Source: Myxococcota bacterium (GTDB lineage Bacteria > Myxococcota_A > SURF-8). Taken from it: a stretch of DNA of 64,000 nucleotides. Below, one piece after another: positions 48,839 to 59,622 of the stretch. Both the position numbers and the translations under genes were made by a program. The notes under the pieces were generated by a model, which was not told where the DNA came from, searched no databases, and was given only the letters and a program-made list of their open reading frames with translations. Each line of letters starts with the position of its first letter. Position 1 is the first letter of the stretch. The stretch is taken from positions 2,848,001-2,912,000 of the forward strand of contig OZ223209.1 of NCBI GenBank assembly GCA_965140415.1, read 5' to 3'.

Positions 48839-50098
48839 ATGTCATCTTTTCAATCTGTAAAAGGCTGTGGGCTGGTTGTCTTGGTACTTACTGTCTTATT
48901 GCCAATGATGGCCTGCGAGTATGATCCTCCGCCGGAAATCGTTTCTTCCGTTCCGGAAAGAGGTGGAAATATGACGGGCGGTGATGGAAACCTGGAAATT
49001 GAGTTTTCAGAGGCCATCAAGCCGGAAACGTTGGAATTGGGGCTATGGACCTTGCAACTGGATGAAGAACAGGAACTGCTGCCCCCCTGTAGCTCTGAGA
49101 AAACCGAGCAATGTTCAAAGCGACTGGCTGGACCCTGTCGTTTTGATTTGTCTTCCGATCCCACTATCAGCGATCAAGACAGTTGCTTGTGCAGCCTCGT
49201 TCAAAATTGTCCGGGCGCTGAAATGAGCCTGCAACTGGATTGTCGCAATTTCATAAAATATCAAAACAGTTGCGCTCAAGTTGATCAAAGCGTTGAAAGT
49301 ACAGAAGAAAAGTCTCTATTGACAGTCAACCCAAAACAGGATTTGGGAATTGGAACATACGTGTTGCGTGTTTCTGCGGGCCTTTCGGATTTGTCAGGAC
49401 ATGATACCGGCGCTCCCTTGGATTTTACTTTCGGTGTAACACCGGATGTAGGTGATACGGATGGTGATCAGACGGATGGGGATGGGACAGATGGAGATGA
49501 AGGGGGAACTCCCACCGAATTTGAGTCAGGGGTTTTTGTCACCTGGATGGATCTGGATCAACCCTTCGATTATCCACTTGAAGTGTATTGGATTTTCGAT
49601 GTGAATCCAAATACGGGGCGTGTCACCGGTACGGGGTGTGATGCCGACCCGATCGATGTCAACAACTGGAATCGCGACCTCCACAAGCATGAAGAGGTTA
49701 TGCCATACCCTTACTATGTTTCAGGGTACTATTTCAATTTTACTGCCACCGTGAGCGATATCGACGTAGATGGTGAACCTGGTTACTATTTCGATACCGA
49801 TCCTTTCGTGATTTATTCGGCGACTCCGATTACCGTTGAAGTGGCCGATGGCAAGATTCAGGTTAGTATTGTCTATGATGAGGCGCTTGGGCGGGAAAAG
49901 ATGATCGGTCTGCTCAATTCTCCTGAAACATACGTTTTCGGCGATCATACCAACAAGGAACCCAGTGTTGCCTCCGGGGCGGTTTATGGGTATCGCTTGA
50001 CTGATGAGGAAGTGGCCGCTTTGAAAGATGCTTTTCCCGATGCCTATGGAAAATGCGAATCCAGAGATTATGTGCCCAGCCCGGAAGATGGACCATGA
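48839..50098 (+). CDS. Lipoprotein with an Ig-like (Big_5-type) domain and an internal DGD linker
   Basis: MMA-C lipobox, PPEIVSSVP...IEFSEAI...YVLRVSAGLSDLSG, DTDGDQTDGDGTDGD; RBS AGGAG. Confidence 0.75.
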   Translation: MSSFQSVKGCGLVVLVLTVLLPMMACEYDPPPEIVSSVPERGGNMTGGDGNLEIEFSEAIKPETLELGLWTLQLDEEQELLPPCSSEKTEQCSKRLAGPCRFDLSSDPTISDQDSCLCSLVQNCPGAEMSLQLDCRNFIKYQNSCAQVDQSVESTEEKSLLTVNPKQDLGIGTYVLRVSAGLSDLSGHDTGAPLDFTFGVTPDVGDTDGDQTDGDGTDGDEGGTPTEFESGVFVTWMDLDQPFDYPLEVYWIFDVNPNTGRVTGTGCDADPIDVNNWNRDLHKHEEVMPYPYYVSGYYFNFTATVSDIDVDGEPGYYFDTDPFVIYSATPITVEVADGKIQVSIVYDEALGREKMIGLLNSPETYVFGDHTNKEPSVASGAVYGYRLTDEEVAALKDAFPDAYGKCESRDYVPSPEDGP

Positions 50099-50305
50099 AT
50101 CTTATTTGGCAAGGGAAAGGCATCGAACTGACCTTCTTTGCTTCTTATCTTAAAAAATTAGAAAAAACCGTATGATCGGTATCATTTTTCTTTTGGTCTG
50201 CAAGTTGTAAACAGTCTATAGTAACGTCACGTATTACCGAAGTAACCATTTTTCATAAGAGCTGGGCTCCCCGGCTTCTTATCTTTGTATTGCTGGAGGT
50301 ATGGA

Positions 50306-53300
50306 ATGAAGAAGTTATTTGTATCTTGGGTGCTGTTGTTAGCTTGTGTGTTCCTGATCGTTTCCGGATGTTCCGACTCTTCCGAGCAGGACGAAAACCC
50401 GGATGGGGATTCTATTGTTGATGGCGATGGAACGGATGGAGACGGAACGGAAGATGAACCGGAATGCCGCTTCATCGAAGATTGCGAGCAGGGGCAAGAC
50501 TGTGTCAACAACGAATGTGTAGGAACCGATACTTGTCGCGATCAGTATGATTGTCGCGACGATCAGATCTGCTGGTACGATGAGGATTCCGTAAACGGCC
50601 GGTGTTTGGTGTATTGCGCCACGGATATGGACTGCGATGAAAGCGGGCAGTGTATCCGAGGTCTGTGCGAGAAGTATATCGGAATAGAGGAGGGCGACCC
50701 GCCACCGAAACATGAGGACTGGAATGGCAAACTGCATGCCCAGTTTGTACAGGATTTCCTTGAATTCCCAATGACCGTCACAATGGGTGGGTATGGCTTA
50801 CGCAAAGGACCACTCGGGCCTTACCAAATTGCAATGGGCGGCTCGGCTGGCATTTACGATCGATTGTTTGTCAAGGCTCTCACGCTGGATGACGGTAATG
50901 ATCGCGTGACTTTCGTCAGCATTCCAATGTGTTTCCCCACGGATTATCTTGTGATGGGAATTGTCAAGGAAGTGATCGCATTGGGTGGTCCGGATCTTCG
51001 TCACAATCTGGTTGTAAATGCTTCCCATACGCATTCCGGTCCGGCGGAATATTGGAACCTGCTGCCGGGGATGGGATTTGGTACGTTGGGATTCAGTGAC
51101 TTCAGCTACGAAATGTACCAGCGGTTGACGAAATCGATTGCAAAGGTTGTGTATGCTGCACAGCAAGAATTGAAACCGGCGGCCTTTGGTTACAAGATCA
51201 ACGAAAATTTCGATCCTGATGATCAAATCAATGCGGATCGACGTTCCTTGTCCGGTCATCTTAAAGACAATCGCCTCGTAGTCTGGCGCATTGATGACAT
51301 GTCAAGTGGTTCTGCTGAACCCTGGGTGATAACGCTGAATTATGCGACTCACGGCACCGTGGAAGGGCAAAGCGATACTCGATTGACCAACGATTCGGCT
51401 GGTGGCGCGGAAAACATGACCAAGTTGCTCTATGAAAAAGACCATCCCGGAAAAACCATCAATACGATGTTTTTCAATGGGATGGCCGGAAATGTCAGCC
51501 CGCGCGGTGGTGACAAGGGGCATAGTCATGCTCAGCGCATGCAGGTTATCGGCACGCGTGTGTATGACAAAGTCATGGAATTGTTTGAACAAATCGACCC
51601 AAGCGATGAAATCGATGTAAAAATGGTCTCCAAGCGGGTACCGATCGATCGCAATTACATTGGTTATGCCGACGATGAATTTTACAGCGATGGCGTTAGT
51701 TTATTCGAACCAAAACCCGGTGGTCCGTTCCGTTTCGGTGCATTCTATTGCGGCTCATCCACCACGGAGCCTGAGGAGAACCTGAATATACATGTATATG
51801 ATTCTTCTCAGAATTTAGTTAAAGAGGCAATGGATACCACTTCCAATGGAAAAACCGACAAGTTGGAGGATGGTACCGAGGTGCAGTGGGATGGTGAAGA
51901 AGTGATTTTCACCGCTAGCGAAACAGGGAAACATACCATCCTGGTCGACGGGTACAAGGGCTGCATGAGCGATTATGTTCTGAGAATCACCAAGGTTAAC
52001 GTGGGCAGCAAGCGTGGGGCGTTGTGCTTGGATGCAAGCTGTGGCGCGATCTGTGGTGCCTGTCCGACTATGAAAAGCGATCTGCCGCCATTGGTTTGCA
52101 ACGAAGATACAATGGAAGAAAACGATTCCAGTTCCGCCGCGAAAGATTTGAGCTTTACGGATGGAAGTATTGAAGTTCAGAATTTGCAGGTTTGTCCGAA
52201 TGATGAAGACTGGTTCTCTTTCGATGTCGTCGAAGGAGAGCAATACAGCGTGAGAGTGATGTGGCATCAGGATGATGAAGCCTATAATCCTGAAACTCAC
52301 ATTAAAGACGGAAACCTGGGTTGCATGTTGAATATCGAGATCATGAACCATGGTCCAATGCCGATGTTCGGCAAAACGCGCTTCACCGGAATTTTGCTTG
52401 GCGATCTGTATTTGGCTGGTCTGCCGGGTGAATCGAGTTCCCGTATGGGATATGATGCCATCGAGGCCCTTTCCGCAGAAACCGATTTCGCTGATATCGT
52501 CATTTTTGGATACACTAACGACCATCACTTCTACATCTCCACAGAGCAGGATTGGATGCAGGGTGGCTACAACACCATGATGTCCATTTGGGGAATGAAA
52601 TTCGGCCAGTTCTGTATCGACCACCTGAAAGAATTAGCAATTGCCGTTTCAAATGGAACGGAAGAAGAGACCGTAAATGAGTTCCCACAGGTTAAGCCCT
52701 TGGTTTATAAAAACCTGGAAGCTCCTCTTCGCGTACCCATTAAAACCGCCAAACCCACGGAAACCTCTATTCTCATTCAGCCGGTGGATCATCGTCGCAT
52801 GCAGCAGATCGCAACCATGCAGTGGATCGGCGCCGACCCCGGCGTAGATTTCCCTCATGTTTACTTGGAACGCGAGAATACTTCTGGAGAATTCGAGCCT
52901 GTGTTGCGTGAGTCCGGGTTGGTATATGATGATCGTTACTACGAGATATCGCTTACCTATGCCAATGAATCCTTTGCCTACCCCGGCATTCAGGATGCAG
53001 ATACCAACAATTACTGGACGTTGTATTGGGACGAAACAACAGATTTCCCCCTTGGAACCTATCGTTTCCGGGTCGAGGGGCACTACTACAATGGTCCGGA
53101 AGACAGTTTCGACAATGAGACGGGTATCGAAGCCTATGAATTGCTAAGCGATCCCTTTGAGCTGTTGCCGGCAACAATCGAAGCGCAAACCGCGAAAATC
53201 GAAGAAGGTGTGTTTAAATCGTTCCTGCTATACGGGCATCCGGCCACCAATGATGATGGCGAATCGGACTTCGAACGCTTCAGTCCGGTTGGAACCAAAC

Positions 53301-53635
53301 TGCATAGCGTGGAAGTGCATCCCATGGTTGGACCGAGACTATCGGAAAACGTGGATGACAGCACCATCGCGATAACGATTTTCGACGATCAGGACCAGGA
53401 AGTGTCCACCATTGACAGCTATACGCTTGAGCGACTGGAAAGCGGAGTTGTACAGTATCCGGCAGGACGAACGGAAGGTGTTGTATTCATGAGTAATTAC
53501 GGTGGTCCGGTCACGCAACTATCTGCAACCTTGCCCGCGTTGGATGCTGGTGATTATCGTTTGCATCTTGATATGGAAGATAGTTTTGGCAATGCCGGTG
53601 AGTTCGACTACAACTTCACCGTAACTGTACCGTAA
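50306..53635 (+). CDS. Neutral/alkaline ceramidase-family lipoprotein with DGD tether
   Basis: VSG-C lipobox; SHTHSGP, NYATHGT, AGNVSP, LPGE, GYTND..Y, GGY motifs. Confidence 0.8.
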   Translation: MKKLFVSWVLLLACVFLIVSGCSDSSEQDENPDGDSIVDGDGTDGDGTEDEPECRFIEDCEQGQDCVNNECVGTDTCRDQYDCRDDQICWYDEDSVNGRCLVYCATDMDCDESGQCIRGLCEKYIGIEEGDPPPKHEDWNGKLHAQFVQDFLEFPMTVTMGGYGLRKGPLGPYQIAMGGSAGIYDRLFVKALTLDDGNDRVTFVSIPMCFPTDYLVMGIVKEVIALGGPDLRHNLVVNASHTHSGPAEYWNLLPGMGFGTLGFSDFSYEMYQRLTKSIAKVVYAAQQELKPAAFGYKINENFDPDDQINADRRSLSGHLKDNRLVVWRIDDMSSGSAEPWVITLNYATHGTVEGQSDTRLTNDSAGGAENMTKLLYEKDHPGKTINTMFFNGMAGNVSPRGGDKGHSHAQRMQVIGTRVYDKVMELFEQIDPSDEIDVKMVSKRVPIDRNYIGYADDEFYSDGVSLFEPKPGGPFRFGAFYCGSSTTEPEENLNIHVYDSSQNLVKEAMDTTSNGKTDKLEDGTEVQWDGEEVIFTASETGKHTILVDGYKGCMSDYVLRITKVNVGSKRGALCLDASCGAICGACPTMKSDLPPLVCNEDTMEENDSSSAAKDLSFTDGSIEVQNLQVCPNDEDWFSFDVVEGEQYSVRVMWHQDDEAYNPETHIKDGNLGCMLNIEIMNHGPMPMFGKTRFTGILLGDLYLAGLPGESSSRMGYDAIEALSAETDFADIVIFGYTNDHHFYISTEQDWMQGGYNTMMSIWGMKFGQFCIDHLKELAIAVSNGTEEETVNEFPQVKPLVYKNLEAPLRVPIKTAKPTETSILIQPVDHRRMQQIATMQWIGADPGVDFPHVYLERENTSGEFEPVLRESGLVYDDRYYEISLTYANESFAYPGIQDADTNNYWTLYWDETTDFPLGTYRFRVEGHYYNGPEDSFDNETGIEAYELLSDPFELLPATIEAQTAKIEEGVFKSFLLYGHPATNDDGESDFERFSPVGTKLHSVEVHPMVGPRLSENVDDSTIAITIFDDQDQEVSTIDSYTLERLESGVVQYPAGRTEGVVFMSNYGGPVTQLSATLPALDAGDYRLHLDMEDSFGNAGEFDYNFTVTVP

Positions 53636-53671
53636 CGTATTAAAAGTCCAGAGATCATTTGAAGCAAAGCG

Positions 53672-53723
53672 AAGGCCGGAAGTGGAAAGGCGCAATAAGC
53701 GCCGATCCATTTCCGGCCTTTTT
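53672..53723 (+). terminator. Intrinsic terminator with branched hairpin
   Basis: AAGGCCGGAAGTGGA...GGCGC-AATAA-GCGCC...TCCATTTCCGGCCTTTTT between convergent genes. Confidence 0.75.
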
Positions 53724-53791
53724 ATCATTCTGAGTGATGGGCTTGGATTTACAGGGTTTTCACCTTCATTTCCTGTCAACCAAAGTTTTAC

Positions 53792-55588
53792 TTACTTTTC
53801 TTGCGGAAGCTTCGTCCAGCGACCGATCCAGTAGGCGGACATGAAATCAACGCCAGGAAGCAAGCGACTTCCATCGCTTCCACTATTGGGACGGTAGGGG
53901 TTACTGCGCCATTCATAATTACTGGGAGGGCGAATTCGTTTCGGAACTGGCTCTTCGCAGATGAGGTCACCTTTTCGACCGATTGTTCCTAGTACCACCA
54001 TCTCCGAATCATCGACCATTGTACAGATACCGTTATTGATTTCTTCCTCATCGCAATTCATGATGCCGTTTTCCCAATAAGGTGCGTCTGAGAATTCTTT
54101 CAATGTTTCCAAGCCTCTAGCCACGACATCTTCATGTAATGCCCCGTCAGGATCGGAAAAGGCGGTCCCATCCAATTCAGAGGCTGCATAGATGAAATCA
54201 TAAAGGCTCATCTTTTGTTCCACCGGCTGCATCACCATGTCCGGCGTGTCGTATAATTGGACGGCGATGGCTTCGCGCAGAATGTCGCGGGCGGCTTGAT
54301 CGTCGATGTAACGCATGGCAAGCCAGGCGGATGTGAACGCCATACTGTAATTACTGAAATTCGTTTGATATTCCATATTAATGTAGATCATGCTGTCGCG
54401 AGCGAGTTCCGGCAGTTTTCGTTCTGCGATCAGTTCGTCATACAGGTAACTTTGAGCGTCTGGGTCACCGGAAGCATAGGCATAGGCACCGACAATGCCC
54501 AGTGCCATCATGGCGTAGAACCCGTTTTCGAAGGTTTCCAGGTGCATGGCTCGTTCAACGCAATGCTCGTTGATGTAACCGTGGAAGGTGATTCGACCAT
54601 CGGCATCCGGGAATTGGAGATCGTAGCCATCCTCTCGAACGACACGCATGGCGTCTAATGCCTTTTTCGAGTCGGAGCGGATGCGAGTTTTCAACTCTTC
54701 AGGGAAAGAGTCATCTGGACCGATTACTTCCATCGTGACCGCGCTGGCTGCCGCCCAGCCCAGCATCATGTCGCGGCTACAGGAATCTTCCCAGAAATAA
54801 TCGGGATATTCGCCGGAATTGTCTTCACGCCATTCGCCGTTGCTCTTTTCTTCCGGTAGGGGATTGCCACTCCCATCGAAAAGGGGCACCAGTTCATCGT
54901 TATCTCGAATGGCCTGTGCATCGCCGGGAAGCGTGTTTTTTATGAAACCACGTGCCACGACACCGGGAACACCGCCAATAGTGAAGGCGATATGCAGGCC
55001 ATCGATCGCTTTAAGCAATTGTTGGCGAGCGATTTCGATTTCATCACAGTCTGCGCCACGGTCACGAAGCACCGCGTAGCGAATGGCATCGGCAACGATT
55101 CCCATGCCGCCATATAGCCCAGCTACTTTTTGCCAACCGCTCACGACATCCAGTGCGGTTTTGCCACCGGAATACTCTTCGAAACTCCATAAATCACTAT
55201 CGCGTACAAAGGAGTTGATTTCATCACGCGAGGCTGTGTCGTCAAGTGGAACTGCCACATCGACACTGACGGCCATCGGATAGCCGTTAAAATTGTGAAA
55301 ACTACGTTCGTAGCGGCGAACCTTGGCAGCGAGATCCGCATCATAGCCTTCTTCGTCCGGACCGGGAATCATGTGGCGATCGGTAGTCGCGTTTGTGCCA
55401 CAGGCTGGCCAAGCCGAGGTTGTGTCTTCGTTATCGGTTTCCGAATCTCCATCGACGGGGTTGTCATCATCTCCATCCACGTTATTGTTATTGCCGGAAT
55501 CCGAGCATGAAAAGACTAGGAGTGCAACAATAACAAGTAATAACAAGTGGATATGCGGGGTTTTAATGCATCTTGAACGTGCAGTCAT
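53792..55588 (-). CDS. Hypothetical lipoprotein with DGD tether and a large helical domain
   Basis: VFS-C lipobox, SDSGNNNNVDGDDDNPVDGD; RBS AAGGAG. Confidence 0.8.
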   Translation of the reverse strand: MTARSRCIKTPHIHLLLLVIVALLVFSCSDSGNNNNVDGDDDNPVDGDSETDNEDTTSAWPACGTNATTDRHMIPGPDEEGYDADLAAKVRRYERSFHNFNGYPMAVSVDVAVPLDDTASRDEINSFVRDSDLWSFEEYSGGKTALDVVSGWQKVAGLYGGMGIVADAIRYAVLRDRGADCDEIEIARQQLLKAIDGLHIAFTIGGVPGVVARGFIKNTLPGDAQAIRDNDELVPLFDGSGNPLPEEKSNGEWREDNSGEYPDYFWEDSCSRDMMLGWAAASAVTMEVIGPDDSFPEELKTRIRSDSKKALDAMRVVREDGYDLQFPDADGRITFHGYINEHCVERAMHLETFENGFYAMMALGIVGAYAYASGDPDAQSYLYDELIAERKLPELARDSMIYINMEYQTNFSNYSMAFTSAWLAMRYIDDQAARDILREAIAVQLYDTPDMVMQPVEQKMSLYDFIYAASELDGTAFSDPDGALHEDVVARGLETLKEFSDAPYWENGIMNCDEEEINNGICTMVDDSEMVVLGTIGRKGDLICEEPVPKRIRPPSNYEWRSNPYRPNSGSDGSRLLPGVDFMSAYWIGRWTKLPQEK

Positions 55589-55730
55589 GAATGTACTCCT
55601 TAGCGGAAACCGATAATAGTTGAATTAATTTGTAAAACTGATCGCCAATGGCGTATCGTTCGCTCGCTACGATACTTTAAAAGCTCAGGTATCGGCAAGA
55701 TGATTTTTCGTCTCTTTTCGCAACTTTTCC

Positions 55731-55758
55731 TTGCATTTTGAGTCCAAATCTTTATACT
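55731..55758 (+). promoter_or_regulatory. Putative sigma70 promoter for the rpmE operon
   Basis: TTGCAT-N16-TATACT upstream of rpmE. Confidence 0.5.
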
Positions 55759-55814
55759 TGGCTGCCTTCGTTGTAAAAGGCGGGCTTTATTTTCGAGTCT
55801 GCAAGGAGAAGAAC

Positions 55815-56030
55815 ATGAAAGAAAAAATCCATCCCAAGTATGAAGAAGCTACGATCCGGTGCGCCTGTGGGGCCGAATACAAGACCCGCACCACCAAAGG
55901 TGACTACGCGGTTGAAATTTGTTCGGCTTGCCATCCGTTTTTCACCGGAAAGCAGAAACTCCTCGATTCCGAGGGCCGCGTGGAACGATTCAACCGCAAG
56001 TACGGTCGCAAAAGTTTCGCAGAAAAATAG
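55815..56030 (+). CDS. rpmE: 50S ribosomal protein L31 (Zn-binding form)
   Basis: [34 protein letters not shown]. Confidence 0.97.
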   Translation: MKEKIHPKYEEATIRCACGAEYKTRTTKGDYAVEICSACHPFFTGKQKLLDSEGRVERFNRKYGRKSFAEK

Positions 56031-56195
56031 AGCCCTTTCCCATTCGCCGATTCAATTTGCCGGTGCGGATTTCGAACAGTGGTTTCGGTCCGCCCGGACT
56101 ATCGGGTCCGCCTGGAGATTTGGGAGGGAATGTTTACCCTGCCAGAAGGCTCTAAGGTAATGTCGTTATGAACGTACTAACCCAGGTGGAGCAAG

Positions 56196-57293
56196 ATGAG
56201 TAATAAAGTTAATGTTGGTGGGCAGGCTATTATTGAGGGTGTGATGATGCGTTCGCCCAAGTCGCTGGCGGTGTGTGTGCGTCGTCCGACCGGGGAAATC
56301 ATCGTTACCGAACGTGTTTGGGAATCTCTGTGGGAGAGATTTACCTTTTTGCGCTGGCCGTTTTTACGTGGCGCCATTGTGCTGATCGAATCGTTGATCA
56401 ATGGCATTCAGGCGTTGATGTTTTCCGCAAATCAGGCGATGGTTGCGGAAGAGGCAGCACAAAAAGCGGAGAAAGAAGCCAAGGCTTTAGAGAACGACGG
56501 AACTAGGAACGAAGTAAGCGTAAGTGAAGTTCCCTTAGCGGATGCCTCAAGCGATGACGATTCCGTCAGGCATGAAATCAACGAAGAGCCTCCGATGTCT
56601 CGCTGGTGGCTGATCGGGACGATTGCATTCTCGCTTGGTTTTGCCTTTCTGGTGTTCAAGGGAATCCCGCATCTGTTGGCAACGCTTCTTGGGCTGTCCA
56701 CGGATTCCGTCCTGTTTCACATTTCAGACGGCGTGATCAAAATCACCATGTTTGTAGCCTATGTGTTGGCGATCAGCTTCATGCCGGATATTCGCCGGGT
56801 TTTCCAGTATCACGGCGCGGAACACAAGGCGATCAAGACCTACGAACACGGCGAAGAGCTGATTGTAGAAAACGCCAGGAAATACAGTACCTTGCATCCA
56901 AGGTGCGGGACCAGTTTTATCATCATCGTGCTCTTGTCATCCATAATCACGTTCATGGTTGTATTTCCTTTCCTGCCGCAATTTCATCCCAACACCTGGG
57001 TGAATGCCCTGATTCAGATTGCGATCAAGCTTCCCCTGATGCTGCCGATTGCCGGGATTTCCTACGAATTCCTGCGCTGGTCTGCCAAACATATGGACAA
57101 TCCGATTGTTGGATCTCTGGTCAAGCCTGGACTTTGGCTGCAACTGATCACAACGCGAGAACCAGACGACGAGCAACTGGAAATCGGGTTGACTTCTCTG
57201 CGTAAAGCGCTATGGCGTGAACAGGTCGGAGCGAACGATCTGGACAGTAAGGAAATCGAAATCTATCCTAGTTTCAAGGACGTTCCCTTCTAG
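56196..57293 (+). CDS. DUF1385-family membrane protein
   Basis: VGGQAIIEGVMMR, FQYHGAEHK, HPRCGTSF, TTREPD; usual position between rpmE and prfA. Confidence 0.92.
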   Translation: MSNKVNVGGQAIIEGVMMRSPKSLAVCVRRPTGEIIVTERVWESLWERFTFLRWPFLRGAIVLIESLINGIQALMFSANQAMVAEEAAQKAEKEAKALENDGTRNEVSVSEVPLADASSDDDSVRHEINEEPPMSRWWLIGTIAFSLGFAFLVFKGIPHLLATLLGLSTDSVLFHISDGVIKITMFVAYVLAISFMPDIRRVFQYHGAEHKAIKTYEHGEELIVENARKYSTLHPRCGTSFIIIVLLSSIITFMVVFPFLPQFHPNTWVNALIQIAIKLPLMLPIAGISYEFLRWSAKHMDNPIVGSLVKPGLWLQLITTREPDDEQLEIGLTSLRKALWREQVGANDLDSKEIEIYPSFKDVPF

Positions 57294-57410
57294 CTGTGTG
57301 GCTCATTCGATGAATTTTCTGGCGGCGACGAATTCTCCTGCTTTTCCTATGCAGGCTGAATTCGCAGGCTAAATGGATTGTTGAACCCAAATTAAGTGAT
57401 TGAATACGCT

Positions 57411-58478
57411 ATGTTGGAAAAACTGGATGCCATCGTTGAAAAGTACCGGAAATTGGAAGAACAACTGTCCGATCCGGCTGTGATTTCCGATCGGAAGAGA
57501 TTCCAGGAAGTGGGTAAAGAACATTCGGACTTGTCCGAACTGGTCGAAAATTATGAGAAATTCAAAGACGTGATTCGTCAGATTGCGGATAACGAAGACC
57601 TGTTACAGGAAAGCGATCGGGAAATTCGCGAGATGGCTCGTGAGGAACTGGATGAGTTGCACCAGCGTCGCGATGAGCTGCAAGAACATATGAAGCTTTT
57701 ACTGCTTCCCAAAGATCCGAATGATTCTAAAAACGTGATCGTCGAAATCCGGGCGGGAACCGGTGGTGAAGAGGCGATGCTGTTCGCAGGGGATCTGTAT
57801 CGCATGTACCTGCGTTACGCCGAAAACAAAAACTGGAAAGTTGAAGTGTTGAGCGCCCATGAAAGCGATCTGGGCGGTGTAAAAGAAATCGTGATGCTTA
57901 TTGCCGGTAAAGATGTGTATAGCCATTTGAAATTCGAGAGTGGTGTGCATCGTGTACAGCGCGTACCGGAAACCGAGTCTCAGGGACGCATTCATACTTC
58001 AGCAGCAACGGTCGCGGTATTGGCAGAGGCGGAAGAGGCTGATGTCGATATTCGACCGGAAGATCTGCGTATCGATGTGTATCGCTCCAGCGGTGCAGGC
58101 GGGCAGCACGTTAACACAACCGACTCCGCGGTTCGAATTACTCACATTCCTACCGGGATCGTGGTTGCTTGCCAGGATGAACGCTCGCAGATCAAGAATC
58201 GCTCCAAGGCGATGAAGATCCTGATGTCGCGTCTGTTGGAAAAAGAACAGGAAACGCTGGCCAAGGAACGGGCCGACAGTCGAAAAAGCATGGTAGGCAG
58301 TGGAGATCGATCCGAGCGCATTCGTACCTACAATTTCCCACAGGGGCGTTTGACCGATCATCGCATTAACTACACCGTTTATCGGCTGGAAGAAATTCTA
58401 CAGGGCGATATGGATGAGTTGATTGTGCAGACGCGCACCTTTTTCCAGGCGGAAGCGTTGAAAGGGAGCGAGGTGTGA
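57411..58478 (+). CDS. prfA: Peptide chain release factor 1
   Basis: [19 protein letters not shown] (PxT), [17 protein letters not shown]. The start may be 57396. Confidence 0.97.
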   Translation: MLEKLDAIVEKYRKLEEQLSDPAVISDRKRFQEVGKEHSDLSELVENYEKFKDVIRQIADNEDLLQESDREIREMAREELDELHQRRDELQEHMKLLLLPKDPNDSKNVIVEIRAGTGGEEAMLFAGDLYRMYLRYAENKNWKVEVLSAHESDLGGVKEIVMLIAGKDVYSHLKFESGVHRVQRVPETESQGRIHTSAATVAVLAEAEEADVDIRPEDLRIDVYRSSGAGGQHVNTTDSAVRITHIPTGIVVACQDERSQIKNRSKAMKILMSRLLEKEQETLAKERADSRKSMVGSGDRSERIRTYNFPQGRLTDHRINYTVYRLEEILQGDMDELIVQTRTFFQAEALKGSEV

Positions 58479-59365
58479 GCGGGAACCCGTCCGATTCGCC
58501 ACGTGAAGTGTTAGAAGTTCTGCGCTTGAGCGAAGACTATTTTTCACGTAAAGGTGTGGCTTGTCCACGCGTGGATGCCGAGATTCTATTGGCCCATGTC
58601 CTTGGGTGTAAACGTTTTGAATTGTACATGCGACACGATCAGCCGCTCAAGGAAGAGGAATTGAGTGTCTATCGGGAGCATATTCGCAGGCGTGGCAGTG
58701 GCGTGCCTGTACAGCATCTTACCGGCGAACAGGATTTTTACGCCTTGAAGATGCAGGTGTCTGACAAGGTTTTGATTCCACGACCGGAAACGGAGATCCT
58801 GGTCGAAACCGCCTTTAAAAAAGTAGCTCCAGAAGGAGACTCAAATAGAAGGCGGGTGCTGGAAATTGGTTCAGGAACCGGAGCGATTTCGATTGCGCTG
58901 GCGGTTGGATGGCAGCAGGCTGAACTTTGGTCGGTGGATTTGTCGCTGGATGCTCTTGATGTTGCACGAGGCAATGCAAGGTATCATGAAGTATTGGGAC
59001 GCTTACATCTGCTCCACGGGGATTTGTTCGAACCCGTTATGGATCAGCCTCCCTTCGATCTGATCATCTCCAATCCTCCCTACATTGTCAGTTCTGAAAT
59101 CGAGGAACTGGACGTTGAAGTTCGTACTCACGAACCTCATTTGGCGTTAGATGGCGGTTCGGATGGTCTGGATATCATCCGACGGATCGTCGCGACGGCA
59201 CCCTCTAAATTGTTGGAAAAAGGTTGGTTGTTATTGGAGATCGGTGCCAATCAAGGGGTTGCAGTATTGAAATTACTGGAGGAATCCGGCGAATTCGAAA
59301 CGACTGACATCCAAAAGGATTTAGCCGGTCGTGATCGCATCGTTTGCGCGCAGAAACACCCCTGA
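58475..59365 (+). CDS. prmC: Release factor glutamine methyltransferase
   Basis: [31 protein letters not shown]. Confidence 0.95.
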   Translation: MSGNPSDSPREVLEVLRLSEDYFSRKGVACPRVDAEILLAHVLGCKRFELYMRHDQPLKEEELSVYREHIRRRGSGVPVQHLTGEQDFYALKMQVSDKVLIPRPETEILVETAFKKVAPEGDSNRRRVLEIGSGTGAISIALAVGWQQAELWSVDLSLDALDVARGNARYHEVLGRLHLLHGDLFEPVMDQPPFDLIISNPPYIVSSEIEELDVEVRTHEPHLALDGGSDGLDIIRRIVATAPSKLLEKGWLLLEIGANQGVAVLKLLEESGEFETTDIQKDLAGRDRIVCAQKHP

Positions 59366-59622
59366 GCGTCGTAAAAGCTTTGCACTGTCAGAGAATCCCC
59401 GCCCGCGTCCCCCGCTGTCACGTTGCTTGCGCTTCGTAGCGCATCTTGCAAAACAGATTGCCAAATTTGTCTCAGAAAATGATGGTATACGCTTGATGAT
59501 TCTATCAAAATGCGTGCGCCAGCAAGATGCTCTCCGAGACAAGCACCGCGCCAGCGAGTTGTTGGAAGTGCTGATCGGTTGAGAAATTCTATTTTTTCAA
59601 ATTGGGGATAGGGCGATTTCTT

